DNA of 64,000 nt, taken from assembly GCF_009914755.1 (NCBI RefSeq), contig NC_060935.1; one strand, 5' to 3'. How positions within the stretch are numbered: the first letter of the stretch is position 1; every line of letters starts with the position of its first letter. A model generated the notes under the pieces. That model was not told the DNA's origin. It did no database searches and saw only the letters and a program-made list of their open reading frames with translations. The translations under genes were made by a program, and so were the position numbers. The stretch comes from the human T2T-CHM13v2.0 reference genome, Homo sapiens. Below, one piece after another: positions 38,125 through 52,679 of the stretch.

Positions 38125-40682
38125 TCATCTGTTCATATATAATTGTTTACATAAAAAATCCTAAGGGATTTACAAAATACTAGAACTAATAAGTGAATTA
38201 ACAGTATTGCAATGAACAATAAAAAATACCAAAATCAATCATATTTCTTTATACTAGCAACAAACAATTAAAAAATAATATTCAAATATATATTTATAAT
38301 AGCATCAGATAATAAAATACTTGGGAATAAATTTAACTGAAAAAAGTATTCAACACATCTACACTAAAAACAAAACAACATTTGTAACTTAAAGACCTAA
38401 ATAAATGGAGGAATATACCATGTTCCTGAATCAGAAGACTCAATATTGTTACAATGTGATTGTTCCCAAATTTACCTACAGATTCAACCAAATTCCAATA
38501 AAAATTCCTCAAAGTTTTTTCATATAAGGTGACAAACTGACTTTAAAATTTATATGAAAAATAAAGCAGTAGGACAAACTAAAACAAACTTGAAGAAAAT
38601 TAGAGGATTCAAACTACCTTAATGAAAACTAAGGCTGTTAAAGTGGAAAACGATAGTTTTTTCAACAAATACCGCCAGAACAAGTTGATAGACACATTGG
38701 AAAAAAATCCTGCATCTTGTATCACACATTATATACAACAATTAGAGATGAATCATGACTTAAATCAAGAAAGAAAAAACTATAACACTCCTCTAAATAT
38801 ACATAAGACAATATTTTAGTGACTTTAAAGTAAAATGACTCTTAGATACAACATATAAATTACTAAATATACAAGAAAAATGTTAAACTGAACTTTATAA
38901 AAATTAAAACTCTGCTTATCAAAAGTCATTGTTAAGAAAATAAAATGTCAAAGCACATACTGGAAAAAATATTTGGAACACACATATCTGATAAGAACTT
39001 GCATCTAGGATATATAAAGAATGACCAAAAAAATCTAATTTTAAAATGGACAATAGACTTAAATGAACATTTTACAAAAAAGGATATAGTTATGGCCAAT
39101 AAGCAGATGAAAAGGTATTCCCTATTATTAATCATCAGGAAAATGCAAATTGAAACCACAATGAGATGCATTTCACTGGAATGGCTTAAGTGCTAAATGT
39201 TGGCAAGGATAAGGAGCAACTCTAATATACTGTAACTCTAATATACTGGTAGTGAAAGTATAAAACAGCATAACCATTTTCTGGCAATTTCTTCTAATTA
39301 AAATGCATATTTACTTATGACCCAGCAAACAAATTAAAGCTTCTGTCAAAAACAGACTTATATAAGAATATGATAGCAGTTTTATCAATAATAGAAAAAA
39401 GGAAAATAACTGGAGAATGAACAAATTGTGATATATCCATACAATGGGATACTACTCAAAATAAAACTATTGTAACTCTTAGTTTAAAAAAGGCAAAAAT
39501 GACACCAAAAACAAAAACCCCACAAAATAAAGCAGAAAACCAACCATCCAACAAATAAAATGCTCTTTTTTTTGAAAGGTTCTTTTTTCTGTGGACCTGA
39601 AAAGTAGGTGACATATTCAGGCCATTGTGAACTCAAAGATAATCTCATTTACTAAAATGAATTATTAAGAAGAGCAAAAAACTATAATTGATTGCTTATG
39701 AAGAGAAAGAGACATAAGTATCACTATTGGGTTGCTTGATGGAACTGTTGACAATCACAGTATTTCAGACTACTTCATTTTATTAATAGAATAGTTGATT
39801 TTCTCCTGTGAGATTCTGAAGAGTCACACAATACATTTGATAGTCCCTTACTTGGGTTATTAGAGAAAAATGATACCGAATGCATTAGAAACAAAAATGT
39901 AGAAGGTGAAATTTTAAAAGGGGATTGAAATTAGAAAAGAGAGTACTAATACTACACAGATTTGATTTTTCACCATATTTATCCTACCAAATTTATCTTA
40001 ATACAACAGAGGTCCAATTCATTGTGTTGAAGTAATGGCTGATAGATGTCTGTCTATGATTATGGAAACCTACTGCTAACTTCTCATTCCTGTTCTGCCA
40101 GAATGTGAACTTACTTTCATTACAGGAAGGCTGCTTGGATTTCAAATTTGATTTCTTCTTGCAAAAAAAAAGAAAAAGGATTTGGCTATCCTAGTGGTTT
40201 GTTTGGCAGGCAAAATACATTCCATGGCGGAGCAAGAGCCTTAATCATTAAGGAAGTGAGGAAGTGATGTGTTCATCTTCTGAGAAGAAGAAATGCCAGA
40301 GATGTAGAGTATGCTTTGTTCTCTGTATCTTTTATAAAAATTACCTAGATGTATTAGCAAAGAGTGATCTAGTGACAGGTGAAATGACTTAAGGTAGGCA
40401 AATGCAAAATATGGATACACAATTCTTCTGAGATAGTGATTGTTGAATATATAAGAGCCGATGGTACAGGAACAAAAGGTGAATTACCTGTGGTACTTTA
40501 ATTAAAGTGTTAATTCTTCATTTGCTGAATGTTGAGGAAAACCATAAGTAAAGTTTAATATCTTTGTTTTCATCTTAAGGTTCCTTAGCCCTACTAAAAA
40601 CAAATCCCTATTTACTTCAACTGTTGAAGCTATCTACATCAAGAAATTCACTAAATAAACTAGGGAGAGAGAGAGGATGACA

Positions 40683-40721
40683 GTGTGTGTGTGTGTGCGC
40701 GCGTGCGCGTGTGTGTGTGTG
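40683..40721. repeat. (TG)n/(CG)n alternating purine-pyrimidine tract
   Basis: gtgtgtgtgtgtgtgcgcgcgtgcgcgtgtgtgtgtgtg. Confidence 0.95.
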
Positions 40722-40761
40722 AGAGACAGAGACATGAATAGAAAGGCCTAGTTATATATAA

Positions 40762-41130
<369 letters not shown>

Positions 41131-41269
41131 TGGAAACAAACATTTCATTAATCAGAGTACCAAAGTATTTCTTTAAAGAGCAATTTACCTTTTTGATAGA
41201 CTAGGCCAGAGGTCAGTTTCTAGGATAGGAACACCAGCTGTGCTAAGTAACTTTGCATAAAATAATATT

Positions 41270-41475
41270 TACAAAGTGCTTTCACTGATTACATTATCTT
41301 CATCCTCATTACAATCTTTTAAAATGTGTAGGAAGGCAGATATCTTTTCACCCACTTTATGGATGAGGAAAGCAAGACTCAGAGACATGATAGCACCTTC
41401 CTCTGATTAACCAGTTGCTGGTAATATGAAGCAGAGCCAGTTCTAGAACGTAGATCTTCTGACTTTCAGCCTAGT
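41270..41475 (-). mobile_element. MIR
   Basis: cccactttatggatgaggaaagcaagactcagaga. Confidence 0.65.
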
Positions 41476-42984
41476 ACATCACCCCTTCACCAAAGCTACC
41501 CCAATCACTATTCGGCAATCTGAAATAACTCTGAATTTCAAAGCCCACCATTTCTTGGCTGGAACATTATTTTCCCACTTTAAGGATGCCACTTCCCTGC
41601 CCAGCTAAGCACATTAGAAGAGCCCATGACCAGTTATGAAGTTCATGCCACTGTCTAATTGTTCTCTGAAATACTGCCCCACCAAAGATGCAAGGGCATG
41701 TCGAGAAAGCACTAAGGACTAAAATTATAGCTGGGATGAAAACAATGCTAAATTAATGCATTCCTTGGTTACAGGATTATGAGCAAGTGTTATTGTGGAT
41801 AAGACTTCTATTTTTTTTCTATTAGAAACTCCATTCTCTTTAAAAGATCAACAAGAGGAACCAAAGGGAATTCCCTAAGGTCAGCTCTGAGGAAACATAA
41901 ACCTCTAATTCAATAACTCTGCTACTGCTCTGAAAAAGGGCTTTATTATTGCAACATCCATATGGAGCCAATTGGACATTAATGACTAATCAATCCCTCC
42001 CCTTTCTATTCTACTTAAAGTGTCACAAACTATGTTTAGATTAGCCCATTTCCTGCTTAGGATTGCTCAAGATGTCTTTTGTTCTTTCAGGACCAGCCTG
42101 ATGGAGGCAGCTTAAACAAACACACGACCGGAGTGGCGCAGGAGTTATAAAGTGCCATATGTGAATGAACAAAGGGGCTATACTAAAGCCTTTTGTGGTA
42201 TTTGTTAATGTTTTTCATCTGAGCTTAAAAAGGCTTAATGACTTTGTGGTGAGCTGATGCATGTGGCTCGTGGCTTTGCAAAATGAAGGAAATTCTAACC
42301 AGTGATATACCAGTCTGTATTTTCAAGAGTCTCTTGCTTTCAGTTTTGATGCCTGTGTTTACTTTTTTCAAAATTCTCAAGTTATATTTACTTTACACAG
42401 ATAGCTAAACAGAGTCCTTTATCTTATTTCAACTACAGAATCCCAGGGCAGCTGGGATAACTTATATTCTTTATTTTAATGACCTGAAGGGAGCATAGAG
42501 CATCAAACATCCCACTTATTATCTATATGCTGTATTTATACATAGAAGGAGGGCCTACAAGCTGTTGAGCCCAGGTAAAAAGGCATCATTTAAGTTTGAA
42601 CCAGAGACCACTGAGGTTGAAATAAGGCAATAACAAGTTCTGGCTTCCTAAGTTTTCAGGACAACTGGGCTCAGGTTCAAGAAGATGCCCTTGGAGAATA
42701 ATGAGGCTGGTAAAAAGCTGGTAGACTGAATAATTCGTGTTATTCAGCAGCTTTTGGCTTTAACCAGCTCTACCTCCTGTCATAGACTCTACATGAAATT
42801 AAGAAGTGCAAAGCAAGATGAAGCAAGTCTCAGGAGTTAGTTAACACAGATACTACTGAATCCATCCTCTCATTTCAATCTTTATCGATTGCCTTAGCCT
42901 TCACTATCTTTGCTGGACTATTATAAAAACTAGCCTTCTGGCTGATATTCTTACACCCAGTTTTAAATCCTTTAACCTCCACTT

Positions 42985-43590
42985 AAATACCTCCTCTTAA
43001 TTTCAGCCAGAATGATCTGTCACAAATGCAATTCAGACTAGGCCACTGCTATATTTAAAACACTTCAATGGCTCCCTCATGCCCACAAGATGAAGTTCAC
43101 ACTCCTTAGTACAGTACAGATGGCTTTCCGTGACCTGGCCCTCCAACTATGGCTCCAGTACCAGCTCTGGCTACTCTGCTTGGAACATTTTTTGTGTCAT
43201 AACACTGAACTATTTCCAGTTCTCCACACACTGTGTTGTGTGTGTACATACTAGGGATCTGAGTTTTCTCCTTTCCTGAAATTACCTGGCCATCTTGCAA
43301 TCACTCATTATTGAAGACTCGTCTCAGGTATTATTTATCCCATGAAAGTCTTACCTGGTTGCCAGGTTAGAATAAGTAGCTTAGGCTCTGACAGGTGGCA
43401 CCCTATGCATACCTCCATCTTAACATTTGCCATATTTTATCCAAATTACCAGTTTTATGTACTTACTTTCTTTTCTAGACTATGTACCCCAAAACAGTGG
43501 TGACTGCATTGTGTCTTATCCTTAGCTGCTTATCCTTATCCCCAGGGTCTAGTAGCCAGGATGGCATAAGGTAAATACTCAAATGCTTAC
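42985..43590 (+). mobile_element. L2 3' fragment
   Basis: ttaaaacacttcaatggctccc...ggcataaggtaaatactcaaatgc. Confidence 0.6.
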
Positions 43591-43967
43591 TAATACAGTA
43601 CAGTGGACATCTTCAACAGTGAGAATTTTAGAGTGAGTCTCTAATGCCCACATGTTCTATTAGAACCTGGGAATTTCTGAAATCAGATCTTGTAGAAATT
43701 TAATTTCTTATATTCTGTTAAGTGTCATTTCTTGAAACATCTATAAAACAATAATAATTTTGATGTGGAAAATGTACCCATAGTTGCGGTGTGGGACTCA
43801 GAGATTATTGGTTCCAATCTTACTTCTTTGATTGACTAGCCATACTGTGCAGTTCTGAGATGCCAGCCTCCCTACTTCTAGAAAAACCTTGGAAGGATGG
43901 TAAGGCATGTCTGAGATTTTTGGAAATATTAAATCTGAAAACTATTCTAATGATGTAGGGTGTGTGT

Positions 43968-44038
43968 AAATATATATATAATACATATATATATACACAC
44001 ACACATATATATGTGTGTATATATATACATATATATGT
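43968..44038. repeat. (TA)n/(CA)n low-complexity tract
   Basis: Direct inspection. Confidence 0.85.
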
Positions 44039-44741
44039 ACTGTATTCAAGTAAGCATACAATGGGACTTTCCTTAAATAGCAGATTCATTATAAAATAGA
44101 TAAAACACGCTCATTGAATTAGAGAACTCTAACAGGAGATGGATGTTAAAGATTACCTAATCCATACTCCTCATTCCAAATGAGGAAACTTTCAGGTTTA
44201 GAGAGATTAAATTGTCCAAGTCTCACGGTTAATAAATGGCAAAAATCACAATGGGCACTCAAATGTAACTATCCCCAAATTTCACACTTTCCATCAGAAT
44301 GAATTTCTTCAATGGTCAGCTGAATTGTTTCAATGGCATCCAAACTTAGCTTTTAAAACTCCTAACATGACTAATTTAACTGGCCTCTCTTCATTTCATT
44401 TGTCTGGGGAATCTGTATTTCATTAGAATGGAAAATACATATTATGGGAGTAGCAGAAACTAATTTTTTTTTAAGGTTAGGGTTGAGGAATGAACAGTAC
44501 TGAAAGGAGATCACTCAAGGATTTTAGAGACAATCCAATCTGATGGGCCCACCAATACTTCTTCACCCCGAGAACTGGTGAAAGTATTTGAAAAGTGCCT
44601 AATATTTCTGTGGTTTAAAGGATTAAAAACACTTTCACAGTTTCCATTTCTAATTAAAATTTTCTGCTTTTTAATGAAAACTATAGGAAAAAGCTAATCC
44701 AACAAAGGCAACCAATTTAGTCAGCTCATCTTGGAGAAAAA

Positions 44742-44985
44742 CAGGAGGCAGTATGGCTCAGATGCCATATAGACAGATCTAGGTTTGAATTGTTGATCTG
44801 ATCTTTCCTAGCTAAGTAGCCTTGGATAAATTGTTTTCTTTCTCTAAACTGTAGCTTCATTTTTCTATAAAAGAGAGCAATAATTTCTACCTTGCAGCAT
44901 CTTTGTGAGAAATAAATGGGCATACATGTAAATTTCCTAGCACAGTGACTGGAACCCAATACCTACTCACTAAGCAGTAGTTCAT
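44742..44985 (+). mobile_element. MIR
   Basis: ggaggcagtatgg...agacagatctaggtttgaat...ttctaccttgcag...cctagcacagtgactgg. Confidence 0.65.
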
Positions 44986-47048
44986 TTTAGAAATAGGTAG
45001 CAGTAATAATGGCAACAGAAGTAGTAGAATGCTTATTCCAGTACCAAGAACATAGGAGGTGCTTAACTCATATGTGTTCCCTTTATAGACTTTCCTCATA
45101 CCTGGGTGATGTTTGCTATATTTTACATTCTATTCTTCATGTAGTTACTAAATAAACCCATAAGTTAACTGAAGAATGCAATTTACTCCTTAATGGAGCC
45201 TCTCTTCTTCCCAAATGCTAAAAATATATTTCAAAAGGTTCTCTACGATATAGACGAAAATATAATGACTAGGCATAAGGCTCAACCGAGAAAGACCATC
45301 TCACATCTCCGCAGTTCCCATATATGGGAACAGAAATCAGACCATACTGCTCATACAGAGCCAGAAGAAAAGAAGAGACCATTATCTTGTGAACCTACAG
45401 ATAGGCTTTTTTATAAAAGACTCATTGGAATTATGAAGGATTTGAATTATTGACTATGAAATTATAATAAATGGAGGGCAATGAAGTTTCAGGGACATTT
45501 GACAATTGTTTTTCTTCTTCCCCACTAACAGGTCTGTAGCTCTCCAGCATGGAGCAGCTATTATCCTGTTTATTTTGTCCCTGTGTAGGATCAACCTTCC
45601 CACAGAAGAGTCAGCTTATATTGAAGCACCATGAGCAATTTCTCTACCACCAAAGTAAAAAATACATTGATACCAGTAAGCTTCAATTTGAATTTCTAAT
45701 ATAAATTTAAAATGATTGAACATATTTCTTATGAAATGCTTTTTTCCAGGTCTGAGACTTGGGATATTACATTTTTGTTCAGAGTTACATGCCATAGCCT
45801 ATTCCCAAATGTAGCAGTTTATAGTATACAGCAAATGACGATGCATTCTTACATAACTTTTCCCCTCTGGTACTATGACCTAACTTTGGCATCATCATGT
45901 CTCAGGTGTAAATATCCATTGAACAAAAACAATTAAAAAAAAACCCGCACTCCTAAGTGAGAGGCAAAAGTACAAGACTGATCTGTAAGGCATCGATCAG
46001 TCACAGTAGACAGTGAAAATCATACTTACTTGCATCCAGGAGGAGAGGAGGAAAGGAATTATTTCTAGTATGCGTTTGAATGAAAACCCACCTAACACCT
46101 GCTAAGCTTTCTCATGTTATAACATGGAAAGATATCCACTTGAACATCCTCTCTGAAATAATATTAAAGAGAGCAGAGGAATAAAGTGACTAACAGATCT
46201 CCAAAAACAACCTAACTACTGCATTTCCATTATTCTTAACCTCTCTAGTCTAAATCAGTCTTGAATGATTAAAGGTTAATGCATATTTATTTGGTGGTAA
46301 AGTCCAAATTCCTCAGCGTGGTAATCAAGGCACTCCTTAATATGGCACCCATCTATTTCTGTAGCATACTCAATTCAACAAATATTTATTAATTGCAAGT
46401 GTGTGCAAGGCTTTGTGTTGGGCTTAGTGGAGAAGACAAAGATGAAAAAGACGATTCTTCCCTTCTGGAGCTTTCCTATGAAGGTCTATCTGCTTAATGT
46501 CTGTGTCTGCTTAGATTATTCCCTCAAATGAAAGCTTTTCCTCTTCTCTTTGCTTATCCAAACCTAGGCTTATCTCCAGCCACACTTCTATCAGGTTTTC
46601 CAGAACCATTGCTGTCCACAAAGCTTCCTCCTCTAAATAGCAGTTCTTTTCTGTTTCTTTAACGATGTACTTGAACATTTAATGCCTTAAACTGCTTTGG
46701 TTTTTATGTATACTAAGCTTGTAATCCCAACTACATTACTAGCTCTTGAAGAATATAATGTGGTCTATATTTTTTAAAAAACCTTTCCCTCCATGCCCAT
46801 AACAGTATGGTGTTATGAGATAATCAGTAAATTATAACTTGGTTGAACATATGGGTAAAACTGAAGATTGGAAGGCCATGAGTAGGGACAGATCCTGGTT
46901 AGAAAGTCCTGGTTCCTAGCACCGGAGATTCAGTCTACAGAGACCCACCTCTAAAGAGGCTGAAAATAGACAGCAGATAGTGAGTGCAGGCAGTGATAGA
47001 CAAGCAGAACCAAACAAGAAGAGGAATCTAGAAGGAGATATTAAAAAA

Positions 47049-47390
47049 CAGTCATGCATTGCTTAATGATGGGGATACCTTCTGAGAAATGAATCCTTTG
47101 GCAATTTTGTCATTGTACAAACATCATAGAATGTACTTACCAAACCTAGATGGTATAGTCTACTGTACACCTAGGCTATATGGTATAGTCCATTGCTCCT
47201 AGACTACAAACACATACAGCATGTTACTGTACTGAATACTGTAGGCAATGGCAACACAATGATAAGTATTTGTGTAATTTGTTTAAACATAGACAGGGTA
47301 CAGAAAAAATATGGTATTGTACTCTTATAGGACCACCATCATATATGTGGGCCATCATTGACTTAAATGTCATTAAGTGGTGCATGACTG
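47049..47390 (-). mobile_element. Tigger3a-like MITE (TcMar-Tigger)
   Basis: Terminal inverted repeats cagtcatgca ... tgcatgactg followed by TA; interior resembles Tigger3. Confidence 0.8.
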
Positions 47391-47935
47391 TATAAGAACA
47401 CCTTGGTTAAGAAAAGATAGGAAGTCAGTAACAGAAACTGGGGGAGGACTGGGTGGGTACTGACTCTTTGGAACAAGTTAGAAACACAGTTATCAGAACA
47501 TGAAGAAAAGGAAACGGCCAATTGATCAAAGTTTGGTCTCAATTCCAATCCTGACCTTAAACAGAGAGAATTTAAAGCACATTCATAACTAGCTTGATGC
47601 TCATTAAATCCCATTACCTTAAGGTTAGGCTGAATTCCACAGCTTGCAGGTAGAAAGTCAAGTGGCTCTTACTGCCAGGAGAGAAGAATCTGGGCAAGGT
47701 CCACAATCTCAAAAGCTACAGTCAGTCCAAATATGTCGGACAGAACTCTATCAGTCAGGGTTTAATCTAATGTGTTGGTTTATGTGAAGCAGACATACAT
47801 ACTGCTGAGGAAGCAAGGGCTGATTTTGCAGTCCCATCGGGAACATATGCTAGCTATCCTTGTCTTGGGTTTAATTTTCATGGTAGATAGTATTAATCTT
47901 TCATTGCTCAGTTGCTGTAGCAAGTTGGAGAAGTA

Positions 47936-48278
47936 CAGTCATTACTCAGTATCTGAAAGAGATTAGTTCCAGGACCCCCTACAGATACCAAAATCCTCAG
48001 ATGCCCAAGTCCCTTATATAAAATGGTGTAGTCCTTGCACATAACCTATGCATATCCTCCCACATACCTGAAATAATCTCTAGATTACTTATGTTACCTT
48101 ATACAATGTAAATACTATGTAAATAATTGTTACATTGCATTGTTTAGGAAATAATCACATGGAAAAAGTCTGTACATGTTCAGTACAGACACAACCAGCC
48201 ATTTTTTGTGTGAATATTTTTTATCTACAGTTGATTGAATCTACAGATGCAGAACTTGCAGATACAGACGGCAGACTA
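47936..48278 (+). mobile_element. MER2, full length
   Basis: TA-cagtc ... gacta-TA ends; ttccaggaccccctacagataccaaaatcctcagatgcccaagtccc; similar to the copy at 22420. Confidence 0.85.
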
Positions 48279-50090
48279 TATTTCTATGTGATTCAGTAAT
48301 GACATAGACAGTTATTTCTTCCCCAGGGTAAAGAACATTCAGTCAGAAAAGCAGATCTTTTTTTGTGGTAATTATTCACACTGCCATTGACACTTCTTTA
48401 GAAAAGGCAGCCCAATGAGAAACCAGCTATCCAGTAGGGCTAGATTCCTCACTAAAGAGAGGCTGGGTCTTTGATTGGGCTTTCTATCTTAAGCAACAAT
48501 AAGCAGCAGGTTGAGTTCCTTTTATGGAGTATTAGGAGATGGAGTTATACAAGAATCTTGACATTTCACTATCTTGCCCCATCAGGACTATACATCACTT
48601 GGAGGGTTCAATGGAAATTGTTTTCTACCAACATTAAAAGTTATTTCGGAGCTTTTAAGACACAGCAAATATATTTCTTTAAGAGAAGTTTATTTGCTTG
48701 TTTAAGAGAGCTGCACTTTATATATAGTGCTGATATAAACTGGTGCACAGGATCCTCTAAAACTGTTTATATCCACAGTAAAATACAGTTTTGTGATACT
48801 CATACAACAGAGTTAGTCCAGAGCCCAGGGCTTTGTCGACTCTGCTTATATCCCAGCCTGTGTGGCTGTTACTCCTTTTCACCAGGTCTTGGGCCTCCCT
48901 CACTACCCATCCTGGCCTCAGTCACCAGTCTGCTGGTTCCACAGAGATGCTATTGCCTATTCATTTCTCTGAAATGCCTGGACGCCATTTTGGGTAGCTA
49001 TGGAAAGCCAGACCCATATGCCCACAGCATAGCTCTAGTTAATGTTCCCTCTGATTTACCTGAGTCTTATCTTTTTACGTGTATAATTTCTCATCTTTTA
49101 TTCCTAGTATCTAGTAGTTGGATACCTTCTTGGGCAAAGGCATGTCATCTCTGATATAATTACACAATAATTGTATTTATTTTGATTATTGCATCATCCC
49201 TAATTGATACTTATTATACTCTAGTTGCCTTGAAGGTGAATGGTTTCAATTATATAGCAGTAAAATAATAAAGTTTTAAAAACTGTCAACTAGAAACCAT
49301 CTAGACCAACTTCCTCATTGACAGATGAGAAAATTTAGGGGAAGAAAATGACTTGTCAAGGATGGAACAACCAGAATTTAAGTCTTCTAGCCCTTAAGCA
49401 AATATCTGAAGGGGTGTCAAATCAAGAAATGATAAGTTTTATTGGTAGGGTCTAGAAGTCAGACTAGAACCAATGAGTAGAAGTTACAAGAAAGTGAGGC
49501 AAATTTTAGTTATAAGTTGTTAACAAACAGCTAATTGAATTAGGACGAGCCTCTCAAGAAGTGGCCAGTATTCTGTCTTCAGACTCTCAGAGGCATTTGA
49601 ACAGATGTAAAACGACTACTTGTCAGGGATATGAGAAGTGATTTCTTGGACTGAATTACAGATTTGATGACCTCTCTCCTTTATTTCAAATCTGAGAATC
49701 CAAGAGTTGCAATGTGAAGCACTATATTCTGGTAGGCTTGAACTAATGATCTTTACATTCCAAAGTATATGCAGTTATAGCATTTAAATCCCACCCCAGA
49801 TTAGGCTACAGTTTGCCTCTGCTGCCTTGAATGAGTCGTGTATCATAGAGTCAATCTTTTCTACCAGGAATAAGGATCTAGGGAGGGTAGGGGAATGAGG
49901 AAAGCTTCAACAATTTCCAAGTATATGGATCAAAGAATGAGCAGGATTTTTAAGAGAGGGCATTCATATTAAGCGGTGTGTTTTAAAGAAAAGAAGAACT
50001 ATTACAATCTCTGCTATTTGTCTTAAACAAAGAGCTTAAGCCGAAAATAAAAAAAATATCCTGAGATATAAAACTTAGAAGCAGTTGGAG

Positions 50091-50092
<2 letters not shown>

Positions 50093-50141
<49 letters not shown>
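50093..50141. repeat. (AC)24 microsatellite
   Basis: Perfect dinucleotide run. Confidence 0.97.
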
Positions 50142-50143
<2 letters not shown>

Positions 50144-52679
50144 TAAAGCTTCAGAAGGGTAAGGTCATCTTGGCTGTGTTCCAGTTCACAAATTCAGTAT
50201 AAATCTATAAAATGCTTCTGAAGAAATGTGAGAGCAATAGTCCCAAAAGAGGGTATTCTTGGTACACATATCTATTTCCATTTGAATCAATGCAAAGTTT
50301 TAATGCATGGAGGACAGCACATCATTCCAGTTCTGATCCAGGGTCCAACAGTCTGGCCAAATATAATCCCTTTCAGAGCTCATCCATAAATGCTAGGCTT
50401 ATCTTTCACTATGCCCCAAATCAAAATGAGGTACAACCTCCCAAAAAGGCTGGGACAGAGTAATTGATGTGAAAATTGTTTTAAAGGTGTTAGAAGAATG
50501 TTTTCTTACTCAAACCATGCAGCAAAACAGAAACAAAAGAAAAGTACCCCTTTAGAAACCCCAGGTATAAGAGAAAAAAGAAACAGGATGGAAAGAATAT
50601 ATTTAAAAAGCCAAGTCTCAACTATTGTTGCTGGGGGAAAGGAGAGCAGAGAGAAAGAGGAGGGAGCCCATCTGTGAAAGGTAATTGGGAAATACTACTG
50701 GAGAGATCTTCTCATTAATAAAAACAAAAGCTCAAGGAACATGAAAACTCAATTCAGCAAGTGGCACAAATACAACCTCTAAGCCATTACTCTCCTCTTT
50801 TACTTCTCTAAAAAAAAACCCTAAATGGAACCTATGATAGATAGATCATCTTTCTGATAAGAAATTCACTCAGTGTTTTATCAAGATTCTAATAATAATC
50901 GCAGACTTGGAAAGGACCTTAGATGAAGTCAAATCCAACATACCTTTTTTAAAAGATAAAGAAACTTAAGCCCAGAGGTTCTTGTTTTTAGTCATTTAGC
51001 AAAGGAACTTCAACTCAAATCTCCCATTAAACAGGCTAGAACTCTGTCTAGTCTGTAGGCAACCTTGAAATTAGGAGAGTTGGAATAAGAATTGCACTCT
51101 TGCCTAAGCAGAATAAGAAAAGGGGAAATGCCATACGAAAAGTCCATAAAAAGTTCAACAGCTGTTCACTATTCTTAATTATATGGTGACAGACTCAACT
51201 AATCAAGCCCTCTCTTCCTTACATGTCCTACATAGGAGCTAACAAATTATGTATACTCAATACATGTTAAGACTTCAACTGCTTCAAAGTATAACAAAAC
51301 CTTAAACATGTTTCCTAAGTCCCCGGCACCAATGAATTTGTAGTTTTATAAATATCATGGTGAACAAGAAATGCTGTCTTGTCACATTCAAGCCAAATAA
51401 CAGCTGGACTTTAAAAATAAAATTTTGAAGGCATTTGCCTTTTATATTTTTAATTTCTGTTTTCCTTGCCTATGGTTTTGTCATATGATTTTGATGAGTG
51501 GTTAATACACATCCACAGCTGCCTCTTTTGGTGACCTTTTCCTCACTGCCTCCAGGCTCAGGGCTATGAAGCATGTCTACAAGTTGCTTACTAAGTGATA
51601 TTGTCATTTTCATGGCTGGCAGACATTTTTCTGGGAAGCCTGGTGGAAGCAGGGCCTCATTTTCTGGGCTGGCTTACTTTAGTCACTTCAGAAGCCCCAT
51701 AGGAGGATGGGTAGACATGGGGGGAGGGCATAGCCCCTTAAAATTGCTGTTCCAAAGCCAGAGGAAACCTGTATGGACTGAGGGAGAAGACATCCTGGGC
51801 CAGAGGCACAGAACTTACTTATCAACTCAGCCCGGCTAAGGAGCTCTCACTCCAAATCCTCTATACAGCACAAAGAAGTCCTGATCTTCTTAGCACTTTT
51901 CTCCATGATAATTATGTATGTACATATTTCCCTTTTAATCTTCTGTCTTTCCTCACTAGACCATATGTTTAAAGAGGTCAAGGACATCTCTGCTTTGCTG
52001 CCCATCGTTTGTTTTAAGTCTAGTTTAGGGGCTGGCACATGGTAGGCACTCAAGAAATGTTGGCTGGTTGTTTTTTTAGACCAAAGACTAAGTGAAGGAG
52101 CAAATAATTTTTTTAGTTATTCTGATACTTTAGTTTCTTCTTAATCTTACTGTTAAGGGAAATATGAAGGAACGAAGTAGAGAAAGTATCATATGTACCT
52201 GTTATCTACTCTGACTTTAATATGAAGTGTAACTCCAGCAGACTTTGCAATCAGCTCAGCCTTGAACAGATGCCAGGATATATCCTGAAGTCAGCAGAAG
52301 GCTGCTACCCATGCTAGCAGTCCTCACAGAAGCACTGCACTTCGGTCGGTATTAGAACAGGTAACTTGACTCCATTCGTGAACCCCCAAAAGCACATGAG
52401 GTCTCAATGGCAACTTCTGGGCAAGCTTCTAAAGGGAGGTTTTCACATGCTCCTTAAGCTCCTGGGCCACTACAGCCCTTCTACTATGATACTCATCAGG
52501 CACTGCTGCTATGTGTGACAGAGTAACATGAGAGCTGGTGTATGGCATGACTTGCTATATTTAGGGCAGAGGAAATGGGCTGTACTGAGGAAGGTCACAA
52601 GGAGTTTGTTCAGAAAAATGAAGGGACCACGTGTTTCTGCATAAACAGTGGGGGCAGTATGGCAGGCTGCTGGGGAGAA

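Noticed and set aside
38945-39196. ORF resembling the L1 ORF2 C-terminus
   Set aside because: Fragment of a decayed L1M with many stops and frameshifts nearby
39218-39248. Short tandem duplication aactctaatatactg (similar small duplications near 23082-23125 and 63128-63168)
   Set aside because: Ordinary local slippage duplications with no sign of function
48471-49154. 227-aa plus-strand ORF, the longest in the track
   Set aside because: Non-ATG start, no recognisable domain, composition typical of non-coding DNA, antisense within an intron
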